Assembly: GCA_903857795.1 (NCBI GenBank)
Contig: CAIOGM010000122.1
Span: 846 to 64,845, forward strand
DNA from: an uncultured Geobacter sp.
GTDB lineage: Bacteria; Desulfobacterota; Desulfuromonadia; Geobacterales; CAIOGM01
DNA length: 64,000 nucleotides
Direction of reading: 5' to 3'
Shown here: positions 19,490-29,581 of the stretch, in pieces
Numbering within the stretch: position 1 is the first letter of the stretch
Layout of the letters: every line of letters begins with the position of its first letter
Notes under the pieces: model-generated
Database searches by the model: none
What the model was told of the DNA's origin: nothing
The model's input: only the letters and a program-made list of their open reading frames with translations
Program-made: the position numbers and the translations under genes

Positions 19490-19902
19490 CGGGATTGTGA
19501 CATCTGCAGGCTGCCGCCGGCGAGGCGTTCCTTTTTGGCGAGATCTATTGCTTCCACCCAGGTGTCGCGCATTTTCGACATGATCCGGATGACGTTGTCC
19601 AGGTGGGTCGGGTTGTTGCTGATGTTTGCGGCGACGTATTCGTCGATCATATACACATAGAGTCGCTCCAGATCTCTGGCGATCACCGGCGCGATGTCAT
19701 GATTGAGCGTGTTCATCAGTTCGGCGACAATAGCCTGCGCCAGACTTATGTACTTTCCCTTCCCCGGCTTGTCCCCCTTCACCATCTTGTCACGGGCAAT
19801 CTTGGTAAAATTAAGCGCGCCATCGTAGAGCATCAGGAGAATTTTCTCCGGTGAAGATGTTGTTACCTGCGTTTTTTGATACGGGTTACCAGGGCCAAGC
19901 AT
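19486..19902 (-). CDS. fliS: Flagellin export chaperone FliS
   Basis: YQKTQVTTSSPEKILLMLYDGA, LERLYVYM. Confidence 0.95.
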   Translation of the reverse strand: MLGPGNPYQKTQVTTSSPEKILLMLYDGALNFTKIARDKMVKGDKPGKGKYISLAQAIVAELMNTLNHDIAPVIARDLERLYVYMIDEYVAANISNNPTHLDNVIRIMSKMRDTWVEAIDLAKKERLAGGSLQMSQSR

Positions 19903-19948
19903 AGTCCCTCCAATACGGGCTGTTTATTCTGATAAAAAACTAACTATT

Positions 19949-22066
19949 TTAAGCCTTCATATTGCTCAGCGTTGTCAGAAGAGAGTTCCACCCGCCGCTG
20001 CTCATGTTGCTGACCATCGTCTCCATGGCGGTGAACTGTTTGGTCATGATGCTCTCCTTCTGAGTCATGAGCCGCTCCATGGCGGCGACCTGATCATCGA
20101 TGCTGGTCATCTTCTTCTGCAAGCCGTTGATCCGCGTAGCGATGGTGCCGTTGAGCCCCGAATTCGCTCCGATATAGGCGTGGGTAAAGGTGTCCAGCTG
20201 CTTATTGAGCTGCTCGGCCATGCCGTATTCATTGCTCTTTTTACCATACGTACCGGTATTATGCGTAAAGAGATCGGACACGGCCGAAGGGTTTGCCGTC
20301 AGGGCTGCGGTGAGTTTCGTCGAATCGATAGAGAGAGTCCCGTCTGTAGAACTGCTGGTGATCCCTATCTGTGAAAGCAGGTGATACGAATCGTTCACAC
20401 CGGAGACCGGACTACCGATCAGACTCTGAAGGGTGGACTTGAGGCTCCTCACCGTCGAGTCGCCGGCAAGCACCGACGCGGTCTTTGCCTTGGTGTCGTA
20501 GGCCGAGTATTTGTTGAAGAGACCCATGGCGTCGTTGTAGGCGTTAACGAAGGTGCTTATTCTCGAGGAGACGGTCGACGTATCATTGGTTATGGAGAGC
20601 GTGGTGGTTGCCGGGACAGCCTTAGTTGCAGGAGGACCCACAGTAGCCTGACTCCCCTCTTTGAGAAGGTTAAGAGTCACCCCCGGAATGACGTCGGACA
20701 CATTGTTCGAACTCCTCGTGAGAGCGACACCGTCAACACTGAAACTTGCAGCCTTACCTGCGACATAGGTACCGGCCGTCACAGCAGCCGCAGATTTATC
20801 AAACGTCGGATTATCATAGAGTACGCCGGTGCTACTCGTGGGGTACGCAAGTCCAGAAGTATCGATAGTATTAATATTCGTATCTGTGCCATTGAGAACC
20901 AAACGATATGACGGAGAACTCGGACTCCCTCCGTTGATCACCGATGCCGTAACTTTCGCCCCGGACTTATTGATAGCGGCAGCGATACCGTTCAGGGAGT
21001 TATCAGTATCACCGATAGAAACAGTGGTTACGGTAGACGACATGGTCGGATTAGCATATGTCCCTGTTACTCCACCAGTACCACTGCCATCAAGTCCACT
21101 GGTATCAATCGTGAACTGGGATAATTTAGACCCGTCTTTCGCATTGAGAACCAAGCTGTACGGTGATGAAGTACTATCCGTACCTAATGAAGCAACGACA
21201 TCACTGCCGGTTTTCTTGTTAATTTCGGCAATAATTCCGTCCAGTGAATTGGTGGTTGAATCAATAGCCACCTCGGTAACGTTAGAGTTCATGGTGAGAC
21301 CGCTACCGGCGCCAATCGTGTACGTTCCCAATTTACTCGAATCTTTCGCATTAAGAAGCAAGTGGTATGGGCTATTGCCGCCATCATTGCTGATCGACGC
21401 CGTGACATCGCCTCCCAGGTCATTGATGGCCTTAACCATCCCGTCCAGGGAGTTGTTGGTTGGACCGAGAGTCACAGAAAGCGGACTGCTTCCTCCCGTA
21501 ATGGTAAATGTGCCGGCGTTTAGGCTTAGTGCCGATGTGCTCGCAAATCCCTGTGAATAATTCTGTCGTAGCGGATCCGCAGCAATTTTCAGGGTGCCGG
21601 TGTTGAAGTTTTGAGCCGCCTTGCTCGCATATCCCTGTGAATAATTCTGTCGGAGAGCCTCTGCCCCAATGGTAATTTTGCCGGTATTGAAGTTGAGATC
21701 ACTGGCGCTCGAATATCCGTTTGAGAGTTGCCGTTCAAATGTCGCCAGGCTAGTGACCGCTATAGTATGAACGCCGGTGGACACGGAGCCCGACGCCGAG
21801 GCGGTCATAACCGTTGCATCACTCACCGACGCATTGAGGCTTTGAAAGGACGCGGCGGTATTCATTCCCGCCACCACCCCTTTGAGGTTCGTGAGCGAGG
21901 TGCTGAAGAGGTTGAACGCGTCGATCTGCTTCTGGGCCGCCGTCTGCTGCGCGGTCAGCAACTTCTCCGGTAACCGCTCCAGGCTCATCAGTGAGGAGAC
22001 GAGGGACTTGGTGTCGATACCCGTGGCGAGACCACCTACCGATAATAAACTGGACGCTGTTGACAT
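19949..22066 (-). CDS. fliD: Flagellar filament cap FliD, enlarged (705 aa)
   Basis: GLATGIDT..LV..LM..ER, SNNVSDVIPGVTLNL, FVNAYN, LAGDS, QFTAME. Confidence 0.95.
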   Translation of the reverse strand: MSTASSLLSVGGLATGIDTKSLVSSLMSLERLPEKLLTAQQTAAQKQIDAFNLFSTSLTNLKGVVAGMNTAASFQSLNASVSDATVMTASASGSVSTGVHTIAVTSLATFERQLSNGYSSASDLNFNTGKITIGAEALRQNYSQGYASKAAQNFNTGTLKIAADPLRQNYSQGFASTSALSLNAGTFTITGGSSPLSVTLGPTNNSLDGMVKAINDLGGDVTASISNDGGNSPYHLLLNAKDSSKLGTYTIGAGSGLTMNSNVTEVAIDSTTNSLDGIIAEINKKTGSDVVASLGTDSTSSPYSLVLNAKDGSKLSQFTIDTSGLDGSGTGGVTGTYANPTMSSTVTTVSIGDTDNSLNGIAAAINKSGAKVTASVINGGSPSSPSYRLVLNGTDTNINTIDTSGLAYPTSSTGVLYDNPTFDKSAAAVTAGTYVAGKAASFSVDGVALTRSSNNVSDVIPGVTLNLLKEGSQATVGPPATKAVPATTTLSITNDTSTVSSRISTFVNAYNDAMGLFNKYSAYDTKAKTASVLAGDSTVRSLKSTLQSLIGSPVSGVNDSYHLLSQIGITSSSTDGTLSIDSTKLTAALTANPSAVSDLFTHNTGTYGKKSNEYGMAEQLNKQLDTFTHAYIGANSGLNGTIATRINGLQKKMTSIDDQVAAMERLMTQKESIMTKQFTAMETMVSNMSSGGWNSLLTTLSNMKA

Positions 22067-22091
22067 GGCAAATCTCCCTTAGACCTTGTTA

Positions 22092-22106
22092 GCAAGAATG
22101 GAACCA
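22092..22106 (-). promoter_or_regulatory. Possible sigma54 promoter for fliD
   Basis: TGGTTCCATTCTTGC (GG-N10-GC with TTGC). Confidence 0.5.
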
Positions 22107-22511
22107 AGTCGTATTTATGTTCTAGTATCAGCTAGTTGCAAAACAAACTGTCATGGCTCCGGACTTTTGTTTTATCACGAGTCAACCTTATGACGGAGCG
22201 GTTCACGAAACAGCGAAAGTGCGAGACGACGCTACACCTCATAGTATCCATATCGGCATAACAGGATGATAACTTTAAGATACGGAGCACCATCAAAAAT
22301 GGCGAACGGCCAGATGGAGTCGTAGGCAGGATCAAGCGGAGCGGATCCGGCGGGGCGGCTGATATTCGGTCAAAAATCGCCGGTTCCGCTGCGCTTGAAC
22401 CGGCCTACACCTTCACTATGATTTCACGTCACCCGAGCAGTTCCCTTGCCAAAACAGTCCGGATACGGTACAAGCGCATGGATAACAATCCTCTCCCGGG
22501 AAATGACGCCC

Positions 22512-24209
22512 ATGAATATACTGCTGCTCGGCCTGCCGCTCTTTGTCCAAGAACTCCGCCTGCTCGGTCATACCGTGACAACCGCCGGAACCACCGATGA
22601 CCGGGATCTGGTCCTGGAACCGGCGGAGTTTTCCATGCCGAACCTGCTTGGGATGTTGGGTCCAAAACGGCAGCCCGACATCTGTCTGGTGATCGAAGAG
22701 ATGCGCGACCGCCGCTTTCCGCTGCGCATCGAAGAGTGTCCTTCTCCTCTGGTCTTCTACTCCATCGACACCCATCTCAACAATTTCTGGCTGGAAGAGT
22801 TCGCTCCGGTCTGTGACCTCGTCCTGACGACCCAGAAAGATTATGTAGAGACCCTTAAAAGACGAGGCGGTGAGGTCGCATGGCTCCCCTGGAGCGTTCA
22901 TCCCGATGAGTTCATGGACCTCGGAGTGGAGCGGGATCTTGACATGGCCTTCATCGGCACCATAGACGATCACCGGCAACGGCGCAAGAGCCTGCTCGCC
23001 CAACTGTCCGGCAGGTTTCAGGTCACTCTCGGCACCCCAGGCAGGTTCTATTCGCCGCAGGAGAGCTCCACCATCTTCAGCAGGGCACGGATCGTCATCA
23101 ACGAGGCCATCAGCAGTGAGCTGAACTTCAGGGTGTTTGAAACCATGGCCACCGGAGCCATGCTCCTGACCGAGCAGGTGGGAAACGGTCTTACCGACCT
23201 GTTCATCGACGGGAAGGAGATCGTCACCTTTACCCCTTATGACGTCATCAGCAAGGCGGACCATTATCTGCGCAATGAGACGGAGCGGTCAGAAATCGCC
23301 GCCGCCGGGCAGCGGGCGGTACGGGAGCGCCACAGCCGCCGGATCCGGGCGGAGGAACTCGCGGAGCTGTTGCAGCAGGCTCTCCATCGGGGCAAGGTGG
23401 CCAGGGGGAATCCCGGCGGCTGCTATCTGCTCATGCTCAGGCGGGGGCTCATCGATAGGAATCAGTATCTGGCGGAGACGGAGCGGTTGCTTACAACATC
23501 CTGCCGAAACACCCCGGACGATGGCGAGCGGATCGCACTCCTTGCCGAATTTTATGCGGCAGACAACAGGAGCGCCGATGCGGTTCAGTTGTTCCAATCG
23601 GCATTGAACTGCGGATTTCATAATTTCCGGATGCTTGCCCAGTGGGGATTGCTGATTCTTGAGGCAGGGGACGAAGAGGCCGCCCGCGGCATCTTCTCCC
23701 TGATCGCAGAGGAGAAGCTCCCCCACGAGCTGCGCGAAGGGCTGATAACTGCACTGTCCGGTCGACTCCCGTCCATGGAGCTGTACCGCCGGCTGGGGAG
23801 AATCGCCGAAACAACCGGCGACCGGTTCCAGCCCGGTTTTTTCCCTCTGCAGAGCACGGCCCTCCCCTTCTCCGGATTAGACTACCTGAACCGCTCTCTG
23901 GCCGGGGGCGAAGAGCAGCCGGAAAGCCACGCTCTCATCGGGGATATCTTCTGGAAGAACCGGGTCTTTCTCGACGCCGCCGACAACTATCTCAAGGCGC
24001 TGATTACCGGCGGCTACAGGAACGCCGAACTGGCGTTTCAGGCGGCCCAGGCGCTGGCCTGGTCATTTCGCCTGGAGGATGCGCTGCAACTGGCGCGGTT
24101 GGCCTGGGATCTGAAACCTCACCCCCGGCATCTGGAGTTGATGCGGCAGCTGGACGAGGCCCTCGCCCCTTCCGTGGAGCGAATCACCACTCCCGCGCCA
24201 CCTCCCTGA
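22512..24209 (+). CDS. CgeB-type glycosyltransferase with C-terminal TPR region
   Basis: YSIDTH, WLPW, LNFRVFETMATGAMLLT; start codon uncertain (22503 or 22512). Confidence 0.75.
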   Translation: MNILLLGLPLFVQELRLLGHTVTTAGTTDDRDLVLEPAEFSMPNLLGMLGPKRQPDICLVIEEMRDRRFPLRIEECPSPLVFYSIDTHLNNFWLEEFAPVCDLVLTTQKDYVETLKRRGGEVAWLPWSVHPDEFMDLGVERDLDMAFIGTIDDHRQRRKSLLAQLSGRFQVTLGTPGRFYSPQESSTIFSRARIVINEAISSELNFRVFETMATGAMLLTEQVGNGLTDLFIDGKEIVTFTPYDVISKADHYLRNETERSEIAAAGQRAVRERHSRRIRAEELAELLQQALHRGKVARGNPGGCYLLMLRRGLIDRNQYLAETERLLTTSCRNTPDDGERIALLAEFYAADNRSADAVQLFQSALNCGFHNFRMLAQWGLLILEAGDEEAARGIFSLIAEEKLPHELREGLITALSGRLPSMELYRRLGRIAETTGDRFQPGFFPLQSTALPFSGLDYLNRSLAGGEEQPESHALIGDIFWKNRVFLDAADNYLKALITGGYRNAELAFQAAQALAWSFRLEDALQLARLAWDLKPHPRHLELMRQLDEALAPSVERITTPAPPP

Positions 24210-25008
24210 TCCGCAGCGCCTTTTCCCCCTCCCCCAGCTCCACCAGCAGGGCGCAATAATAGTCGATAAAGGCGCCCAAAAACGGATAACTCCCCCTGTC
24301 ACCGCTCCGGGCAAACAGGTCAAAGGTCTTCTCAAGATAGGGGAGAGCTTCACTTTTCTGACCCGCCTCACAGAGGGTGGTCCCGAGCTTGTAGTTGGCG
24401 AAGATGCTCTCCGGCTGGGCTGTTACCCACTTCTGCATCAACTGGATGTTGCGGTGGTGCTTCCCCGTGGCGTTGAGGGAGAGATACCCGTAATGCCGGA
24501 AGTGGACATCGAGGAGTCGGGGGACCAGCTCCGGCCAGTGGGCATAGAGCGACTCGCCGATACTTTCATGCACCGGGTTGGAGAAACGGATGGCCGGGTC
24601 GTTGCGAAAGAGGCGCAGCCCCTTCACCGACTCCACCGCTCCCGAATCGAACAGGTTGTCCAGCCAGACGATGTACGCCCGGGCGTCGCGCTCCTGCAGG
24701 GCGGCGATGATCGTCTCCCCGGCTTTTTTGTCATAGAGGACTTCGTCGGTGTCCACATTCAGAATCCAGGAGAACCTCGCCCGGTCGATGCCGAAATTTT
24801 TGGCCTTGGCAAAGTCGTCCACCCAGGGAAACTCGAAGATCCTGCAGCCAAACTTTCGCGCAATCGCCACCGTCCCATCCGTCGAGCCGGTATCCACCAG
24901 CACGAACTCAGAAGCTATCACCTTGAGAGAGCGAAGCACCAGCGAAAGATACTTTTCGGAGTTCCCCGCAATCATGACGACCGAGAGTCCGTGAGGCAGA
25001 GCGTTCAT
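24184..25008 (-). CDS. GT2-family glycosyltransferase with TPR
   Basis: LVDTGSTDGT, W.DDFAKAKN, VDTDE, VHE, HYGY. Confidence 0.85.
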   Translation of the reverse strand: MNALPHGLSVVMIAGNSEKYLSLVLRSLKVIASEFVLVDTGSTDGTVAIARKFGCRIFEFPWVDDFAKAKNFGIDRARFSWILNVDTDEVLYDKKAGETIIAALQERDARAYIVWLDNLFDSGAVESVKGLRLFRNDPAIRFSNPVHESIGESLYAHWPELVPRLLDVHFRHYGYLSLNATGKHHRNIQLMQKWVTAQPESIFANYKLGTTLCEAGQKSEALPYLEKTFDLFARSGDRGSYPFLGAFIDYYCALLVELGEGEKALRIREVAREW

Positions 25009-27143
25009 GGTGCTCCTCTCCGGGAAGGTTCACTCTCATCCCAGACGGTGACGATATGCGAGGGGGGCGCCAGGGCTTGAATGACGGGGAGAGCGACGCC
25101 GTTCCAGCCGGATGCGAGAAAGAACGCCCGCGCCGCCCGGTTCCGTTCGGTCTCGGCGAAGGCGAAGGTCAGGGGGCCGAACCGTCCGCAGAGTTCGCTC
25201 ACCACCGCCTCATCCACTCCGAGACCGATGACGCGACAGCTTATGGCCATGGACTCCACCCGTTGCCCTGCTTCATCCAGGAGCACGACAGCCACCGTGC
25301 CATAGGAGCTGCCCGAGTCGGCGACCTCCGCGGAATAAACCCTCTGTTCGACGAAATAGCGAGCCATCCCGGCATCGCTCACCCTCACGCCGTTCAGGTT
25401 CCACTGGTTGGTCTTGTTGAGCAGCTGCTGGGCCCGTTCCCTCCCCGCCTCATCCTCCCCATGAACCGGGCCGATGGTGCAGCGAAGTCCCAGGTGGTCC
25501 AGGTAGCTCCCCCGTCCACTCTCCGAACTCTGCGTCCGGAATGCAACCCGCTTCCTGATCGATTCCCAACGGTTACTGTCCTCTGCGGTGATCGTCACGC
25601 TCTGGAGATAGGGGCTGCAGAGGAGTTCCCGGCGGAGATAATTAAGCTCCGCCCCCAGGGTGCGCAAGGCGGGAAAGGCCGCTATGGCCGACTCCCGTTC
25701 CAGAGGATTGTCATCGATGAAGAGCGCCTGTTCGGGCAGGATATTGAGGAGCTCCAGGATTTCCCCGATACTCTCCGGCTTGGGCCTGAAGTTGATCCGG
25801 ACCAGGGCGAAATCATCCAGGGTAAGGGGGATGGTGAGCGGAGCCACCGCATAGGAACCGAGGATCTCCCGCCACCGCTCCCGGATGAACGCCTCATCGT
25901 TCTTGCTGGCGATGGCCAGGAGAATCCCCCGCTTCCTCAGAATCAGCAACGCCTCGACAATGGCCAGAGGACGTCCCTCCCAGCTGCCGATCCTCATATC
26001 CGAAGCCAGACCGCGCCAGAGGGTATTGTCCAGATCGATGATCACCAGCTTGATCCTGGCTTCGGTGGTAAGGATGATCTGTCGGAGCAGGATTCCCCTG
26101 ATCAGTTGTTCCAGATAGAGATCGATGCCGATCTCGAAGCCCATGGTAACCGGGATGTCGGTAACGGGAAAATCGGCATCCAGCGGAGCATCATAGTCCA
26201 GCAGAAAGCCGCGATGACCGGAGAAGTTGACCAGGCCGTCGTCCACCCGGGACTTCCCTACGGCCGCCGCAACGGCGTCGGCATCGATGAAATAGCAGCC
26301 GGGCCGGGTGGCGCACCACGCCGCAGTCGCCTCATTGAGCTCCCGGACGAAACGCCTAAAGTTCGCTCTCCCGCCGCCAGCCATGAACAGCCCCAGAGGA
26401 TTGGAGGTCGGCTCCACAAAACCGATGACGAAGGTCGCAGTGCTGATCTCCCTCGGAGTGACCGCGTCCAGGTACGCCAGGAGATGACCCTGCGCCTCCT
26501 GGAAGAAGAGATCGGAGTCACCGCTGCAGTAATACAGGTCCATGAGTCTCGGGTGCATGGCCCGAAACGGCGGAATGACAACCCTGATCCGCTCCCACCC
26601 CGGTGCCGGGGGAGAGAGACTCTCCTGGGAACTGACCGGAAGCGGGGCGTTCCTGACGGTCAGCACCGTCCGGCTCTCAATGCCCAGCTCTCGCGCCGCC
26701 TCCTGGAACTTGAGTTGCATCTCCTGGCCGCTGCACCCCCCGATCAGCTCCACCTCAAGCGGCTTGAACGTCTCCTGCACCGGCTTCAAGGCCATGGGAG
26801 AGTCCATCATCCTTACGGCGTTGCAGGGGAGGTAATACTCCTCCAGCCATCTCCGATAGGCGGCTTCCAGCTCCGACCAGGTCACGACCCGCGCCCCGGA
26901 GAGCTGAAGATACGAGGGGACCGGCATGGCGCCGGCGGTAAGCAGCACGTTTATCTGTCGCTTACCGGACTCTCCGTGGAGAACAATATCCGAGATATGA
27001 AGAGGGAGAGACTCCAGGAGTATGGAGAGATAGGGGATTGTATCGACGGGGCACAAGCGGAGATGGGGGAACCGGCCGCGAAGCGCATGACCGGCCGCAT
27101 CCTGAAGAGCTGTTGCCTCGTAAAACCCGACTATGAAGTACAT
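25005..27143 (-). CDS. FkbH-like HAD-IIIC protein (glyceryl transferase/phosphatase)
   Basis: IDLDNTLWRG, ASKND, FIDDNPLER, QLLNKTNQWN, SCRV; start at ATG just after the upstream stop. Confidence 0.85.
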   Translation of the reverse strand: MYFIVGFYEATALQDAAGHALRGRFPHLRLCPVDTIPYLSILLESLPLHISDIVLHGESGKRQINVLLTAGAMPVPSYLQLSGARVVTWSELEAAYRRWLEEYYLPCNAVRMMDSPMALKPVQETFKPLEVELIGGCSGQEMQLKFQEAARELGIESRTVLTVRNAPLPVSSQESLSPPAPGWERIRVVIPPFRAMHPRLMDLYYCSGDSDLFFQEAQGHLLAYLDAVTPREISTATFVIGFVEPTSNPLGLFMAGGGRANFRRFVRELNEATAAWCATRPGCYFIDADAVAAAVGKSRVDDGLVNFSGHRGFLLDYDAPLDADFPVTDIPVTMGFEIGIDLYLEQLIRGILLRQIILTTEARIKLVIIDLDNTLWRGLASDMRIGSWEGRPLAIVEALLILRKRGILLAIASKNDEAFIRERWREILGSYAVAPLTIPLTLDDFALVRINFRPKPESIGEILELLNILPEQALFIDDNPLERESAIAAFPALRTLGAELNYLRRELLCSPYLQSVTITAEDSNRWESIRKRVAFRTQSSESGRGSYLDHLGLRCTIGPVHGEDEAGRERAQQLLNKTNQWNLNGVRVSDAGMARYFVEQRVYSAEVADSGSSYGTVAVVLLDEAGQRVESMAISCRVIGLGVDEAVVSELCGRFGPLTFAFAETERNRAARAFFLASGWNGVALPVIQALAPPSHIVTVWDESEPSRRGAP

Positions 27144-27144
27144 T

Positions 27145-28473
27145 TCAGAGCTCCGATACACCGCGCAGTACCTCGGCGATGACCCCACGCCACTCCCCCA
27201 GCCGGGCTTGACGAAACATCCGCATCTGCCCATACCACGGCCCCAACTGCTCCTGCAACAGCCACCGCCAATCCGGTGCATAGGGGAGCAGCAACCAGAA
27301 CGGTTTTCCCAGGGCGCCGGCCACGTGAGCCACCGACGTATCGACGGTCACCACCAGATCCAGCTGGTCGATCAGCGCGGCGGTGTCGGCATAGTCATGA
27401 ATCAGGGGTGAAAGATCTATCAGCTGCTCCGGCCACGGTTCCGGACGCTCCCCGCCAATCTGCAGGCTGTAATAGCCGTGGTTTCCGCCTCTCAGGAGCC
27501 GGGAGAAAATCGGCCATGGAATGGAGCGGCTGGCGTCGTTGGTATGTTTGCCGCTCCCCGCCCAGACAAGGCCGATCTTTTTATTGTGAGACTCCAGCGG
27601 CGCCGCCGGCAGCAGCGGTCGCCCCGGTGAGGTCAGAGAGAGAGCAGGGGTATGGCTAAGGCTCTCCAGCAGGCAGTATGATCCGAGGCTCATGACCGGA
27701 ATTGTGGCATCGAAGCCCATGGGCTCCTTCCCCAGTTCGACGATGCGCCGTAGGCCGGGAAGCCCCCGGAGCAACCGGAGGAGCTCCGGGTAACAGGCCA
27801 GCGTCACCTCCACCCCTCTCCCGGCCAGCTGCGGGATGAACCGGGCAAACTGGATCGTGTCGCCATACCCCTGCTCGGCGGAGACCAGCAGCCGGAACCC
27901 TTCTCTGACCGTGCCGTCCCAGCGCGGATAGGGATACTCCCGCGGCGGACAGGTGGGACGTTGAAAGCGCCATTCATACTCGGCGAACCCCTCATCCCAT
28001 CTGCCGAGCCCCAACAACAGCTGGGCATACTCGAAATGCCCCTGGGGATCGGCGGGACGCAGGCGGAGAAACTGCTCTATGGCCGTACAGGCAGCCGGAT
28101 AATCGGCCAGATCGCGCCGCGCCATGGCCAGCACCAGCCAGGTCGAGGGATTTCCCGGGTCAAGAGCGGCGGCACGGGCATACAGCACCGCAGCCCGACC
28201 GGTGTCACCGAATTTCTGCGCGGCATGACCTTGCCAGAGAGCCAGCATGGGATCAGCGGGGAAGAGCAGCACCCCCTGTTCCAGTTGCCGGAACGCCGCC
28301 TGATAATCGTGAAGCTTGAACAGCGCCAGGGCGAGGTTCTGCTGCGCCTCCAGGAGGTACGGATCCACCGCCAGCAGCTCCCGCCAGATCCGGACAGCCG
28401 GTTCGAGCCGCCCTGCGGTGGCGGCGGTGAGCGCCTCGGCTAACAAACGGGAAGAGTCCGGCGGATCAGCCAT
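27145..28473 (-). CDS. TPR plus GT-B (GT9-like) protein
   Basis: N-terminal TPRs, EYEWR, EQGYGDTIQFARF, IGLVWAG, VDTSVAHVAGALG, DWRW. Confidence 0.85.
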   Translation of the reverse strand: MADPPDSSRLLAEALTAATAGRLEPAVRIWRELLAVDPYLLEAQQNLALALFKLHDYQAAFRQLEQGVLLFPADPMLALWQGHAAQKFGDTGRAAVLYARAAALDPGNPSTWLVLAMARRDLADYPAACTAIEQFLRLRPADPQGHFEYAQLLLGLGRWDEGFAEYEWRFQRPTCPPREYPYPRWDGTVREGFRLLVSAEQGYGDTIQFARFIPQLAGRGVEVTLACYPELLRLLRGLPGLRRIVELGKEPMGFDATIPVMSLGSYCLLESLSHTPALSLTSPGRPLLPAAPLESHNKKIGLVWAGSGKHTNDASRSIPWPIFSRLLRGGNHGYYSLQIGGERPEPWPEQLIDLSPLIHDYADTAALIDQLDLVVTVDTSVAHVAGALGKPFWLLLPYAPDWRWLLQEQLGPWYGQMRMFRQARLGEWRGVIAEVLRGVSEL

Positions 28474-29227
28474 GGAGGAGCCGCCAATAGGGCGCAATCT
28501 TTGGGAAAACAGTCTGTATCATGAATTGCGGCATGAGGAACTGGGGAAAAGATTTGCTGGAATTCCCTCGGTGCAGGATATGCAGGGAGAGCCCCGTAGT
28601 ATCGGAGAGGCAGACAACCTTCCCGCTGCGGGTGGCGGCGGTGATGAACGGACCATCCTCATTCCAGGTAACGTCGGGAAATTTCACCTGATCCCATACC
28701 CGCTTTTTATAGAGGTACGAGAAGCCGTATCCCAGGTGATTGTCCGCAAAGTTCTGATTATTTTGTTCCGTCAGCAGCACCGTATCAACAGGCTGACCGG
28801 ACCAGATAAAGTGCAGCCCCGTCTTCACCATGAGATCCCAGTAGGCAAACTGGTCATAGAGGCCGCTATAGAGGAAGAACCCCGACAATTTGACAAAATC
28901 GGCCTGATGAGCGCTCATGACGGAAAGCATCTGCGAGAGATAATCCGGCGCATAATAGTCATCATCGTCAAAATGGGCGATAATTTCGCCTCGCGCCCGT
29001 GCAACCAGCACATTTCTCTTCACCCCCACCGACCGGCGCACCGGGTCGTGATGATACTGAACCCGAGGATCGGAGAGCGCGGTCATAAAGGGAGAGGGAG
29101 CGGGGCTGTCGTCATCCACCAGCCATTGGATGCTGGGCCACTCCTGGGATTGGATGCAGGAGTAGATCAGCGGGAGGAGAGACTCTCTGCCGTAGGTTGG
29201 GGTGATGATGCTTACCAGGGGTTTCAT
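28466..29227 (-). CDS. GT2-family glycosyltransferase
   Basis: VSIITPTYGR, GVKRN, HFDDDDYY, ED. Confidence 0.85.
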   Translation of the reverse strand: MKPLVSIITPTYGRESLLPLIYSCIQSQEWPSIQWLVDDDSPAPSPFMTALSDPRVQYHHDPVRRSVGVKRNVLVARARGEIIAHFDDDDYYAPDYLSQMLSVMSAHQADFVKLSGFFLYSGLYDQFAYWDLMVKTGLHFIWSGQPVDTVLLTEQNNQNFADNHLGYGFSYLYKKRVWDQVKFPDVTWNEDGPFITAATRSGKVVCLSDTTGLSLHILHRGNSSKSFPQFLMPQFMIQTVFPKIAPYWRLLHG

Positions 29228-29581
29228 CCGTGTCAACTCCGGGGTTCGGGGTTCGGGGTTCTATGTTCAAAGTTCTAACCGATTAGGGATAATCTGTTCG
29301 CAACGACCCGTAGGAGCGTCCTTTAGGCGCGAATTCTCAGCATCATTCGCGGCCTATACCCAGCCATGTCCGGCTAGATAATTGCCGAAAGGTGAAACCC
29401 TGATTTAACCCCTCACCCGGCCTTCGGCCACCCTCTCCCGTTGGGTGAGGGTATGATTTCGATCCTTCTCCTTTAGGCCCGTATTTTAGGGTCCCGGGGG
29501 AGAAGGTGCCCCATAGGGCGGATGAGGAAGGGGGGGAACGCCACGGGACCGACAACGATGGACTATACCCGATTTTAGAAA

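Noticed and set aside
22110-22500. Small ORFs or flaG between fliD and the divergent GT
   Set aside because: No recognisable protein motif or RBS-supported ORF
25056-27182. 708-aa plus-strand ORF
   Set aside because: Antisense shadow of the FkbH-like gene
28316-29278. 320-aa plus-strand ORF and similar long antisense ORFs (37020-38171, 55466-56434, 59267-60121)
   Set aside because: Each overlaps a well-supported gene on the opposite strand
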